The notes under the pieces were generated by a model, which saw nothing but the letters and a program-made list of their open reading frames with translations, did not search any database and was not told the DNA's origin. From a virus (taxonomy: Duplodnaviria > Caudoviricetes), in the IMG/VR virus record IMGVR_UViG_3300017747_002189, positions 1-30,115 of that record: 30,115 nucleotides of DNA; one strand, given 5' to 3'. Position 1 is the first letter of the stretch; each line of letters opens with the position of its first letter. Positions 17,176-24,841 of the stretch are shown here, in pieces. A program made the translations under genes and the position numbers.

Positions 17176-17445
17176 TTATTTGGTTTTGTTTAAAAAATCG
17201 TTCATTGATGAAAGATAGGCAACTGCATCAAGCAAATTATCTTCTTTATGATTATAAGATTCTCTTGAAAGTTTTAATGCAATTAATGCCTTATACATTA
17301 TTTCGGCATCAACATTTAATCCTGTCATACCATTTAAAATCTGAGCTGCTCGTTGCATGCCTTCTTCAAATGGTCCATATTGTCTTTGTTTTTCTTCTGT
17401 ACGCTCATATACTATCTCATGAGCCTTCTTTAGTATATTATTCAT
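17176..17445 (-). CDS. DUF6378-like helical protein (nucleotide-modification-associated, NTP-PPase-like)
   Basis: RQYGPF...ALKLSRE...KEDNLLDAVAY pattern. Confidence 0.7.
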   Translation of the reverse strand: MNNILKKAHEIVYERTEEKQRQYGPFEEGMQRAAQILNGMTGLNVDAEIMYKALIALKLSRESYNHKEDNLLDAVAYLSSMNDFLNKTK

Positions 17446-17462
17446 GTAATAGGTTTATTACG

Positions 17463-17492
17463 CAAATATACTAATTTCTTGAAAATACACAA
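17463..17492 (-). promoter_or_regulatory. Bacteroidota-type promoter TTG-N19-TATATTTG driving the nucleotide cassette
   Basis: + strand CAAATATA at 17463-17470 and CAA at 17490-17492; 17 nt upstream of ATG 17445. Confidence 0.7.
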
Positions 17493-17520
17493 GAATTTTA
17501 TAAAATTAATTTAATACAGT

Positions 17521-17547
17521 ATAATTAATTGATAATCAATAACTTAC
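17521..17547. repeat. Imperfect palindrome, copy B
   Basis: ATAATTAATTGATAATCAATAACTTAC; its terminal TTA (17544-17546) is the terL stop codon. Confidence 0.55.
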
Positions 17548-18707
17548 ATAAAGGAATATCTTCCTCTTGAAACATTATCTAATAAGTTTAAGCATATATA
17601 ACGTGTAGCATCTATTGCGTGATTCATAAAATCTACAGGAACATTTTCAAGTTTTCCATCTTTACTTTGTTTCCATTTATATGCATTTAACTCTTTTTTT
17701 AAATTATGACTGCTTTGAGTCACATTTATTTTATATCTTTTTAGAATATTTATTGATTGCCTAATACTATCATTTCCTTTTTTTGCAGGTTCTACAAACC
17801 AACCATATGATTGTAATTCAGCAATTGACTTAGGTTCAGCAGAATCCGCAACAATAGTTCCTGATATATTTAATTCTCTCATTCTATTGCTTATATCTAC
17901 ATTTAATAATCTTTTTTCATAAATTAATTCGTCTAAAACTATTTCTCCATTTTGATTATACATTGCAATCAAAGAAGTAGGATCATTTGTAAATCCAAAG
18001 TCTAATCCATAACCTATAAGCTTTGCATCTAAACTAACATTTGGTATAATATTATAATCTCTAAAAATTACTCCTTCTAATTTACCAGTTAATCCTCTTG
18101 CATAAACTTTCCATAATTCTGGATCTTCAATTGATTCAATTTTGTTATGAATGTTCTGATCTAAAAACGTATTATGACGATGATCTGAAATTATTAATGT
18201 AACATTTTCTTTACCTATTAAATCACTATGTACCCAAAACTCTGTATTTGGGTTATAATCTAAATATGTTCTTCTTTTTGTTCTTAAATATAATTCATCA
18301 AATATTGGCTTAGGTATTCCATTAACCTCATTCATAAACAAATAATCACGTTTTCCAGATTTAGCATCTTGCCAATCATCATAACTTTTAAACTCTATAA
18401 TAGAACCATTAAAAAATGTAAATACCCTATCTGACTTATTATAATTATTAATGTATGCTTGTAATATTTCACTTGATGAAAGAATAGTTTCAGCATCTCT
18501 TAATGCACCAACTTTTAAATTTGGAATATCTTGACCAACAACAGTAATAACTTGATTTGGTTCTTCAATAGCATGCAAAAATAGATTCTGCATTATTGCA
18601 TAGGTTTTACCTGAAGAGGTTCCACCTTGATTAATTATTATTTCTGTTTTAGCATCTCTATTTGCCTTAAAAACATCTGTTGTTTGAAAAATATTATTTT
18701 GTAACAT
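17544..18707 (-). CDS. terL: Terminase large subunit (PBSX/SPP1-like)
   Basis: Walker A QGGTSSGKT, Walker B YLFMNE, coupling motif DYNP, nuclease GLDFGFTNDP, ADSAEP, NHAIDATRY. Confidence 0.96.
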   Translation of the reverse strand: MLQNNIFQTTDVFKANRDAKTEIIINQGGTSSGKTYAIMQNLFLHAIEEPNQVITVVGQDIPNLKVGALRDAETILSSSEILQAYINNYNKSDRVFTFFNGSIIEFKSYDDWQDAKSGKRDYLFMNEVNGIPKPIFDELYLRTKRRTYLDYNPNTEFWVHSDLIGKENVTLIISDHRHNTFLDQNIHNKIESIEDPELWKVYARGLTGKLEGVIFRDYNIIPNVSLDAKLIGYGLDFGFTNDPTSLIAMYNQNGEIVLDELIYEKRLLNVDISNRMRELNISGTIVADSAEPKSIAELQSYGWFVEPAKKGNDSIRQSINILKRYKINVTQSSHNLKKELNAYKWKQSKDGKLENVPVDFMNHAIDATRYICLNLLDNVSRGRYSFM

Positions 18708-19107
18708 CTACATCTGTTTCTCTATTTGCTAAAGGAACTTGACTTGAATTTATAATAACTTCAATTTTCCCTTGTAATTGACCGTTTACATTTGCATCAA
18801 TTGTTTCTCTTGGCTTGCCAAAAGTTCTTGTTAATAATGTATCTAAAGAATATAAACTACCTTTTTTTAATGATTTTATAATTGAATTCGCAACAGTAAC
18901 TTCTAATACAGTTGCCTCAGGATTTTCTGTAACTTCAATTAATTCATCAACAGTCATTGAAATTAATACTTGTATTGCATCATTAACTTCAGATAATTTA
19001 TAACCCTGATCTTTTAAATTTGAAACATATTTTCTTGGTCTGCCATTCATATTTCTTTTTTCATCATACCCTTTTTTAAAGGGTTTTAAGTTTTGTTCAT
19101 TTGCCAT
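18694..19107 (-). CDS. terS: Terminase small subunit (putative)
   Basis: NEQNLKPFKKG...NMNGRPRK N-terminal motif, LLTRTFGKP; overlaps the terL start. Confidence 0.8.
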   Translation of the reverse strand: MANEQNLKPFKKGYDEKRNMNGRPRKYVSNLKDQGYKLSEVNDAIQVLISMTVDELIEVTENPEATVLEVTVANSIIKSLKKGSLYSLDTLLTRTFGKPRETIDANVNGQLQGKIEVIINSSQVPLANRETDVDVTK

Positions 19108-19133
19108 ATATTATATTTTGACAAATTATAAAA

Positions 19134-19256
19134 TTATCTACCTTGACCACGATAATTTTTTTCTTTTTTATCGTGTTTATTAAATGCTCTTTGTGCTTTG
19201 CCTTTTTTTCTTTTACCAAAGGTAACTTTTATTTTATCTGCTGATCCTTTTTTCAT
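19134..19256 (-). CDS. Small basic peptide (40 aa), not in ORF track
   Basis: MKKGSADKIKVTFGKRKKGKAQRAFNKHDKKEKNYRGQGR; fills the gap between methyltransferase and terS. Confidence 0.7.
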   Translation of the reverse strand: MKKGSADKIKVTFGKRKKGKAQRAFNKHDKKEKNYRGQGR

Positions 19257-19257
19257 C

Positions 19258-19788
19258 TTACATCAATTGATAAATCTTTGACCATTCTGTGGGAAGTGTA
19301 AGTTGTTTGTGTACCCTGTATCCTAACTTTAAAAAGAAATCATCCCACTCTTTTTGTTCTTTTACGTTTATATGTCCCCACATTTCATCATTGGCAGTCT
19401 TTTGACTTGTACTGCTGAACAGAATCCATATAGGATTGATCTGCTCGAATATCAAAGCAATCTGATTATCTGTCATATGCTCTGCAGTTTCAATAAACAT
19501 CAATATATCTGTTTTTGGCAGTTTGCTTACAATCTGTAATTCAGGTAAATGTATCTTTAAATAATCTTTATGAGCCTTAAATTTCTCGAATGCATAAACC
19601 TCGAACCCATGTTCAATTGCTGCCTTTGCATATGCCCCAACTCCACAACCATAATCCAGAATCTTTGAGCCATATCCATTGAGTTGAGCAACTGTATTTC
19701 TTGCTAAATCCATGAATGCAGGATTGTCTAAACTAATCCCCATTTTTAATTCTGTTTCCAGAAATTCTTTATCAGTACATTTTGCCAT
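19258..19788 (-). CDS. Class I SAM-dependent methyltransferase
   Basis: ILDYGCGVG, FIETAEHM, GHINVK..EW. Confidence 0.85.
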   Translation of the reverse strand: MAKCTDKEFLETELKMGISLDNPAFMDLARNTVAQLNGYGSKILDYGCGVGAYAKAAIEHGFEVYAFEKFKAHKDYLKIHLPELQIVSKLPKTDILMFIETAEHMTDNQIALIFEQINPIWILFSSTSQKTANDEMWGHINVKEQKEWDDFFLKLGYRVHKQLTLPTEWSKIYQLM

Positions 19789-20038
19789 AAATTTCTATAA
19801 ATCTGTGATGTGTTTGTTTTAGTAATTCTGTGTATTCTTTTTTGTCACCATACTTTTCATGGCACATTCTGCATACTGCCATCAGGTTTTCGATCTTGTC
19901 TTTGTCTTTGCTGCTACCCATCCCCCGACAATCAATATGATGAATGTCAACAGCTTTATTACCGCATACTTCACAGCCAATAAAATCTTCGATTCCATAT
20001 CCAAAATATTTCATGTAAATTTTAGTGTGCTGCTTCAT
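19772..20038 (-). CDS. HNH endonuclease
   Basis: CEVCG...DIHHI...ENLMAVCRMCH. Confidence 0.88.
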   Translation of the reverse strand: MKQHTKIYMKYFGYGIEDFIGCEVCGNKAVDIHHIDCRGMGSSKDKDKIENLMAVCRMCHEKYGDKKEYTELLKQTHHRFIEIYGKMY

Positions 20039-20331
20039 TTCGTACCATCTTGTAAAGGTTCATGCACTTCAGGCTCTATTCTCCTGTAATGCTCTGACCA
20101 TAAAATTTTAGTTAAAGTTATTGATTTTTCAACAACCTCCTGTTCTGTTGCTTCCGGAAATAATATGTGAAATACTTCATGGATGACAATCTCTAAATGT
20201 TTACGGGATTTAATCGAAGGATCAATTTCAATTAAGCCATCAGAATGTGCAATACCCCAAGCTTTTTCTTTTCCAAGCTTACGGTATTTAATCCTGATCT
20301 TTGGCTTTCCTTTTCTAAGCAGCAACGTCAT
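20035..20331 (-). CDS. Small HExxH zincin-like metalloprotein
   Basis: AWGIA...IEIDP...IHEVFH...EQEV. Confidence 0.7.
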   Translation of the reverse strand: MTLLLRKGKPKIRIKYRKLGKEKAWGIAHSDGLIEIDPSIKSRKHLEIVIHEVFHILFPEATEQEVVEKSITLTKILWSEHYRRIEPEVHEPLQDGTK

Positions 20332-20509
20332 CTTTCATTTCCATTAAATCGGGTCTTTCTAAATCTGACAAATCTATTTTATGATTACCTCGCACCTTTG
20401 CCAATGCCCTCCTGTATATTTCCTCTTTCCTGTATAACTCCTGCATTTTCTTAATCAAATACACTTCCTGTTCTTCGATGCTCATTTTATTTATTTTTTT
20501 AGGTAACAT
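20315..20509 (-). CDS. Hypothetical protein
   Basis: 64 aa, helical; tightly packed between neighbouring genes. Confidence 0.6.
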   Translation of the reverse strand: MLPKKINKMSIEEQEVYLIKKMQELYRKEEIYRRALAKVRGNHKIDLSDLERPDLMEMKDDVAA

Positions 20510-20510
20510 A

Positions 20511-21266
20511 TTATTTGTCGGTTTTAGAATGAAATTTATGGCAGGTATTACATTTATACTGAATCTTTTTAACTCCTGATGCTGTTGTTCTTCTCATACT
20601 TACAATAATATCATCTGATCCACATTCAGGGCAAGTACCTCTGTCAGCACCGAATAAAACCCCATAATGACTCTTTGGCTCTATATGATTATTAAGGTGT
20701 TTGAATACTTTTTCAAGTAATACAACATCCATTTTACAATACTTAATCATTTTCTCCATTGCCTGTTGGTCGCTTTCCATTAATATGGATTTCCACAAAT
20801 CAAACTCAGTCTTTATCTTTTGCCCGATTCCTAAATACTTAGCAATGTAATTAAGCCTGTTTGAATTAAACCTGAACTTGGACCTCGCAACCTTTAGAGT
20901 ATCAATAGTTGTATATTTCGGGAACATATCAATACCATGATACAAACATCTTGTCCTAATCCATGCCAAATCAAACTTATCGCCATTATGCCCAACCAAT
21001 TCAGTTGCCTGATTAGCCACCTCAATGAACTGTTGAAGCATTTTCTTGTCACATTGTTTCTTGTCCCAATGCAAAGAATAAATTTGCTTTTCTTCCTCCC
21101 ACTTGTAACAAATACAAATGATCGCTCTTTCTTTTATAATGTTAGAGTAATCAATGTTTTGTTTATAACCTGCTGACCAAAACAGTCCGATGTTTGGACT
21201 TGTTTCGATATCAAAAAATAATCGCCTACGTTTTGTCGGCATAAGGAATGTATTTTGTTTTGCCAT
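20511..21266 (-). CDS. DEDD 3'-5' exonuclease (RNase_H_2/PolB-exo-like) with C-terminal zinc ribbon
   Basis: FFDIETS, GHNGDKFD, YCKMDV; CPECG...CNTC. Confidence 0.88.
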   Translation of the reverse strand: MAKQNTFLMPTKRRRLFFDIETSPNIGLFWSAGYKQNIDYSNIIKERAIICICYKWEEEKQIYSLHWDKKQCDKKMLQQFIEVANQATELVGHNGDKFDLAWIRTRCLYHGIDMFPKYTTIDTLKVARSKFRFNSNRLNYIAKYLGIGQKIKTEFDLWKSILMESDQQAMEKMIKYCKMDVVLLEKVFKHLNNHIEPKSHYGVLFGADRGTCPECGSDDIIVSMRRTTASGVKKIQYKCNTCHKFHSKTDK

Positions 21267-21696
21267 TTTCTTTTATGGCTCTCAATACCTGCTTCCGCTG
21301 CTGACCATTTGATTTGAAAGATACATGAACCCAATCAGGTTCAATATTATTCCCAAATTCGTAAATCAACTGATCGAAATTAAGCTTTTCTTTTATAAAA
21401 TTAAAAATTTCTTTATTTGTGATTTTTGTGCCTTCCATATCAATGTCAATCGCTTCGCCTGTACTGTGCTGTGAATTGGTTGCACCACCGATAGCTGCAT
21501 TCAATGATTGACTTCTATATCCTGAACTTATACGTATAGGCTGTCTGAAATTTGCACGTATAGGCTCGAAAACATTTTCAGCTAACTTTTTAAGGTTAGC
21601 AATGTGCTGTTCAGTTGGCATATTTGAAATGCCCCTTCTCTTGGCTGATTCTGATCTGATGACCTCAGCCAATTCAAGGTGTTCACTCAGTTTCAT
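21226..21696 (-). CDS. Endolysin, peptidase M15 family
   Basis: ISSGYRS..LNAAIGG..NSQHSTGEAID...WVHVS. Confidence 0.9.
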   Translation of the reverse strand: MKLSEHLELAEVIRSESAKRRGISNMPTEQHIANLKKLAENVFEPIRANFRQPIRISSGYRSQSLNAAIGGATNSQHSTGEAIDIDMEGTKITNKEIFNFIKEKLNFDQLIYEFGNNIEPDWVHVSFKSNGQQRKQVLRAIKENGKTKYIPYADKT

Positions 21697-21878
21697 TTCT
21701 TAAATATTTTTTCCGCTGTTGTAAGTCCTAAATATCCTGCACCAATGAAAGCAATCGAAGTAACCAAAACATCACCACCTCTGTGAAACAATTCAGCACA
21801 AAGACTGACTGTGCAGAGAAATCCGCACAATCGCTTCATGCTTAATCTGTTATTATCTTCGGTAAAGAATTGCCTCAT
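21693..21878 (-). CDS. Holin-like membrane protein
   Basis: 61 aa, RLSMKR followed by two hydrophobic segments, basic C-terminus; coupled to the endolysin gene. Confidence 0.6.
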   Translation of the reverse strand: MRQFFTEDNNRLSMKRLCGFLCTVSLCAELFHRGGDVLVTSIAFIGAGYLGLTTAEKIFKK

Positions 21879-22033
21879 TTCTTTTTCTCGCTTCTAATTT
21901 TATAAACGTTATAAACAATTGTTGTTATACCGACTCCAATGGTTACTATGTTGCCCATTTCAGATAAAGTAACGTTTGCAAATATGTTTGTCAGGATTGT
22001 GGCAAAGCACATTCCAATACTATTTTTGTCCAT
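21875..22033 (-). CDS. Second holin-like membrane protein (52 aa), not in ORF track
   Basis: MDKNSIGMCFATILTNIFANVTLSEMGNIVTIGVGITTIVYNVYKIRSEKKK; ATGA overlap with the next gene. Confidence 0.65.
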   Translation of the reverse strand: MDKNSIGMCFATILTNIFANVTLSEMGNIVTIGVGITTIVYNVYKIRSEKKK

Positions 22034-22442
22034 CTTTTATTTCTTGTAATTTACGTTGAGCCCATTCGATACCTGCTTGCCCACCCCATGCATCTACAGC
22101 TAAACCTCCACAACCTTTTGAATATGGGACATCTTTATATTGCAAATGTCTTGCAAATGCCGCCATTCTTGCAATTGTATCTCTTGTAATATTTTCTTTT
22201 CTTGCTAATTGATATGCTCTGGCTTTACCTACAGGAGTTAAGCATGATCCCCATCCATTTTTTTCTGCCCAATCTATTGCTCTTTTTGCTGCGTTTACCG
22301 CTGATTGTGGATAATCATTGTAACTGTCTGCCATTGCAACCCTGATTGCTGCCCATGCTCTGTGTGCTTTTTCCTCTGAATCGTAAATACATGATCCGTT
22401 ACCAATTCTGTATTTTCCGTTTGAGCATTTTATAACAGGCAT
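22020..22442 (-). CDS. Conserved phage protein (WGGxxGxxWA motif), possibly head-associated
   Basis: SYNDYP...GKARAYQLA...TIARMAAFARH...AWGGQAGIEWAQRKL. Confidence 0.6.
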   Translation of the reverse strand: MPVIKCSNGKYRIGNGSCIYDSEEKAHRAWAAIRVAMADSYNDYPQSAVNAAKRAIDWAEKNGWGSCLTPVGKARAYQLARKENITRDTIARMAAFARHLQYKDVPYSKGCGGLAVDAWGGQAGIEWAQRKLQEIKDGQK

Positions 22443-23435
22443 TTAGATCAGTTTATTATAAATGCTGTTTCTTTTAATATTTATCTGTTTAAAATTAAAA
22501 TTGCTTTGGCAATATTCAAAAAGCTGCTGTCCTAACTCCACTCGCATCTGTGGATCATTTAACAAATTCTTTATATGCCTATACCAATCAGATTGTTTTT
22601 TAACATATAAAACAGGAAGGTTTTTATATGGGTGGACATCAGAAACTATAGCAGGGTTTTTCTTTGCTGCAGTTTCTAAAACCTTAAGATTACTTTTCAT
22701 TCCGTTAAACTTTGACTCAACCAAAGGAATCAAACTTACATCAGAGTCTGCATAGGCGGCCATATATCTCTCAATTGGTGCATACCTATAAATGTGAGTG
22801 TCAAGTTTCCTACCTGCTGAGAAATAATAGCACATATTATTCCAGACTTCGCCTTCGCTTTCATTATAACCTGCAATGACCATTTTTACATTATCACCAA
22901 TTAATCTCTTTACAGGTTCTTTAATGATCTTTAAATCCTTTTCATGTGTTCCTGATCCTGACCAAAACAGTCTAAGTTTATCAGATTCGATTTTATTGTC
23001 CATAAATTGCTCCTCTCCATATGGTAAAGCATTAGGCAAAATTTCTACATTCTGATTGTATTGATAAATACCATCTGCAAGTCTTTCATGAGTACAGGTA
23101 CATAAATCTGCAATCTTTATATATTGAATTATTTTATCAGTTATATTATTTGCCTCATATCTATTATAAAGTATATGAGTTGCATTAAGTTGCCAATAAT
23201 CATCATTGTCAACCACTAATTTAAAACCATATTTATTTCGCCAATCAATTATCTGCTGAATGCTTATATCAGCCAAGAACCTATTCATAACAAATATATC
23301 AAATCCCTGACTAACTATTTCCTCACTAAGTGTATCAGTTACCAAACAATAATCTTTCTGCATATGTACTAAAGGCAGCATTATTCTGTGATACCCTACA
23401 CCTGAAAACTTCGATGTTATTGCAAGTATTCTCAT
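22443..23435 (-). CDS. Glycosyltransferase (GT-B fold, GT4-like)
   Basis: SGVGYHRIMLP, VVDNDDYW, ILPNA, WSGSGTH, DVSLIPL..SKFNGMKSNLKVLE...IVSDVHPY. Confidence 0.88.
   Translation of the reverse strand: MRILAITSKFSGVGYHRIMLPLVHMQKDYCLVTDTLSEEIVSQGFDIFVMNRFLADISIQQIIDWRNKYGFKLVVDNDDYWQLNATHILYNRYEANNITDKIIQYIKIADLCTCTHERLADGIYQYNQNVEILPNALPYGEEQFMDNKIESDKLRLFWSGSGTHEKDLKIIKEPVKRLIGDNVKMVIAGYNESEGEVWNNMCYYFSAGRKLDTHIYRYAPIERYMAAYADSDVSLIPLVESKFNGMKSNLKVLETAAKKNPAIVSDVHPYKNLPVLYVKKQSDWYRHIKNLLNDPQMRVELGQQLFEYCQSNFNFKQINIKRNSIYNKLI
22457..22485 (-). promoter_or_regulatory. Putative late promoter GATA-N17-CATTTATA, inside the glycosyltransferase 3' end
   Basis: + strand TAAATG at 22459-22464 and TATC at 22482-22485, 17-bp spacer; upstream of the lysis/packaging block. 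Confidence 0.6.
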
Positions 23436-23734
23436 TTTTTTGGTCTACCTTTCTTTTTAGGTTGTACAACTTCATGTACATCAGATTGTACAACTGGCAA
23501 ATCCTGAACTTGCTCCTGTGGCAAACTTAAATAATATGCATATAATCTTTTGAGCATATCCATAACACAACTACTGCACCATTTCGTTAAAACAAAGTTT
23601 GGATCAAGATAAAGTTTATAAATATGCTCATACATATTTAATAATTGAATATCTAAATTTCGTACATAACCATTTTGTACTGTATGGAAATTTCCTATAT
23701 ATTCTTCAAGGTAATCTTTGTGTTCTTGTTTCAT
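23432..23734 (-). CDS. Hypothetical protein with CxxC and C-terminal AT-hook-like KKGRPKK
   Basis: WCSSCV; C-terminal PKKKGRPKK. Confidence 0.65.
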   Translation of the reverse strand: MKQEHKDYLEEYIGNFHTVQNGYVRNLDIQLLNMYEHIYKLYLDPNFVLTKWCSSCVMDMLKRLYAYYLSLPQEQVQDLPVVQSDVHEVVQPKKKGRPKK

Positions 23735-23973
23735 GATAGTATTTTATAAATTTTTAAGAATAACATTCTCATAATTGGAGCAAGTGATCCTGCAGTAAAC
23801 ATATAAGCCATTATTTCTGTAATCTCTACAGGCAAAAAATAAAGTGCCAATGCTATCCATGCTGCCAAGCAACTCGCACAGTTAAAAGGTTTAAAATCTA
23901 ATTTCCACTTTTGATCAAATCTATGTATTTCAACAAAGAATATTGAAAACATTAAAGCTGCAATTATTATCAT
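23731..23973 (-). CDS. Small membrane protein with CxxC (DUF1360-like)
   Basis: KPFNCASCLAAWIAL, three hydrophobic segments. Confidence 0.6.
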   Translation of the reverse strand: MIIIAALMFSIFFVEIHRFDQKWKLDFKPFNCASCLAAWIALALYFLPVEITEIMAYMFTAGSLAPIMRMLFLKIYKILS

Positions 23974-24452
23974 TTTCTTATTAGTTTTTTTAATTCGTTT
24001 TTAGTCTGGTTTAAAGTTCTTATTATGCTCATATATGGAATCCCTGTCTGTCTACTCAACTCCTTTGCGTTACACTTGAACTCAAAAGCATAGAGTCTTA
24101 ATATTTCCTTTTGATACCAATATAATCCCTCAATATGTTGCATAACATTTTCTGATACATCAACTTCTATTTCATCTGCTTTTTCTATAGGTTGCCACTC
24201 TACAAAATCTCTGTATTTTTTAAAAAATTTTTTATCTGTAGATCTTACAAGATTTAACATTATACGCACCATGTAAAATCTAATCTGTTTTTTTTCATAT
24301 AACTCAATAACTTTTTTTTCATCAAGTTCTGCTATAATTAAAAACACTTCACTTTTTAAATCATCTTGTAATTCAACAGGATGCATTTTTTTAATAGCTT
24401 GATTAACATCATCACTATTCCACAACTCTGTTAATATTGCATTTTTGTCCAT
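23970..24452 (-). CDS. ECF-sigma-like transcription factor
   Basis: Likely start MDKN at 24452. Region-2-like QDDLKSEVFL...FYMVRIMLN; region-4 HTH LYWYQKEILRLY...AKELSRQTGIPYMSIIRTL. Confidence 0.7.
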   Translation of the reverse strand: MDKNAILTELWNSDDVNQAIKKMHPVELQDDLKSEVFLIIAELDEKKVIELYEKKQIRFYMVRIMLNLVRSTDKKFFKKYRDFVEWQPIEKADEIEVDVSENVMQHIEGLYWYQKEILRLYAFEFKCNAKELSRQTGIPYMSIIRTLNQTKNELKKLIRK

Positions 24453-24781
24453 TTGTTTAAAATTGGATTTAAACCTTGTTGTGTACATATAAATGCAATA
24501 CCACCGCAGTCAATTATATCATTTAATCTATCTATTTGTTCTTTACTTAATCTATCTCCTATTTTTTTAACCTCTATTGCAACATATAACCCTAATTGAT
24601 TATATCCCTGTAAATCTGACCATCCTTTTTCTATTGTTCCTTTTCTTCTCCTGACAGGTATATTGTTGACTCTGTTCAGTCTCATTCCAAGTCTTTCTCC
24701 TTCCATTTTCGCCCATTTTGTTAGATCCGAAGCGGTTAACTCCTTGGATAATTCCGCAATATGGGCACTCTTTTTTGCCAT
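24431..24781 (-). CDS. VRR-NUC/PD-(D/E)xK nuclease (resolvase-like)
   Basis: GWSDLQG...AIEVK..GDRLSKEQ..RL....GGIAFI. Confidence 0.85.
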   Translation of the reverse strand: MAKKSAHIAELSKELTASDLTKWAKMEGERLGMRLNRVNNIPVRRRKGTIEKGWSDLQGYNQLGLYVAIEVKKIGDRLSKEQIDRLNDIIDCGGIAFICTQQGLNPILNKWTKMQY

Positions 24782-24841
24782 GTTTATTTTTATAAACAGT
24801 TACAGTATAAAATTTAAAACAGGATTTACAACGCAATTTAA

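Noticed and set aside
16224-19788. The two methyltransferases as restriction-modification DNA methylases
   Set aside because: Neither has the C5 (PC, ENV) or amino-MTase (DPPY/NPPY) catalytic motifs.
24488-24520. Late promoter upstream of the sigma-like gene (CATTTATA present)
   Set aside because: The upstream GATA lies at a 21-bp spacer, not 17-18. Half-sites at 13072 and 19181 also lack the upstream element.
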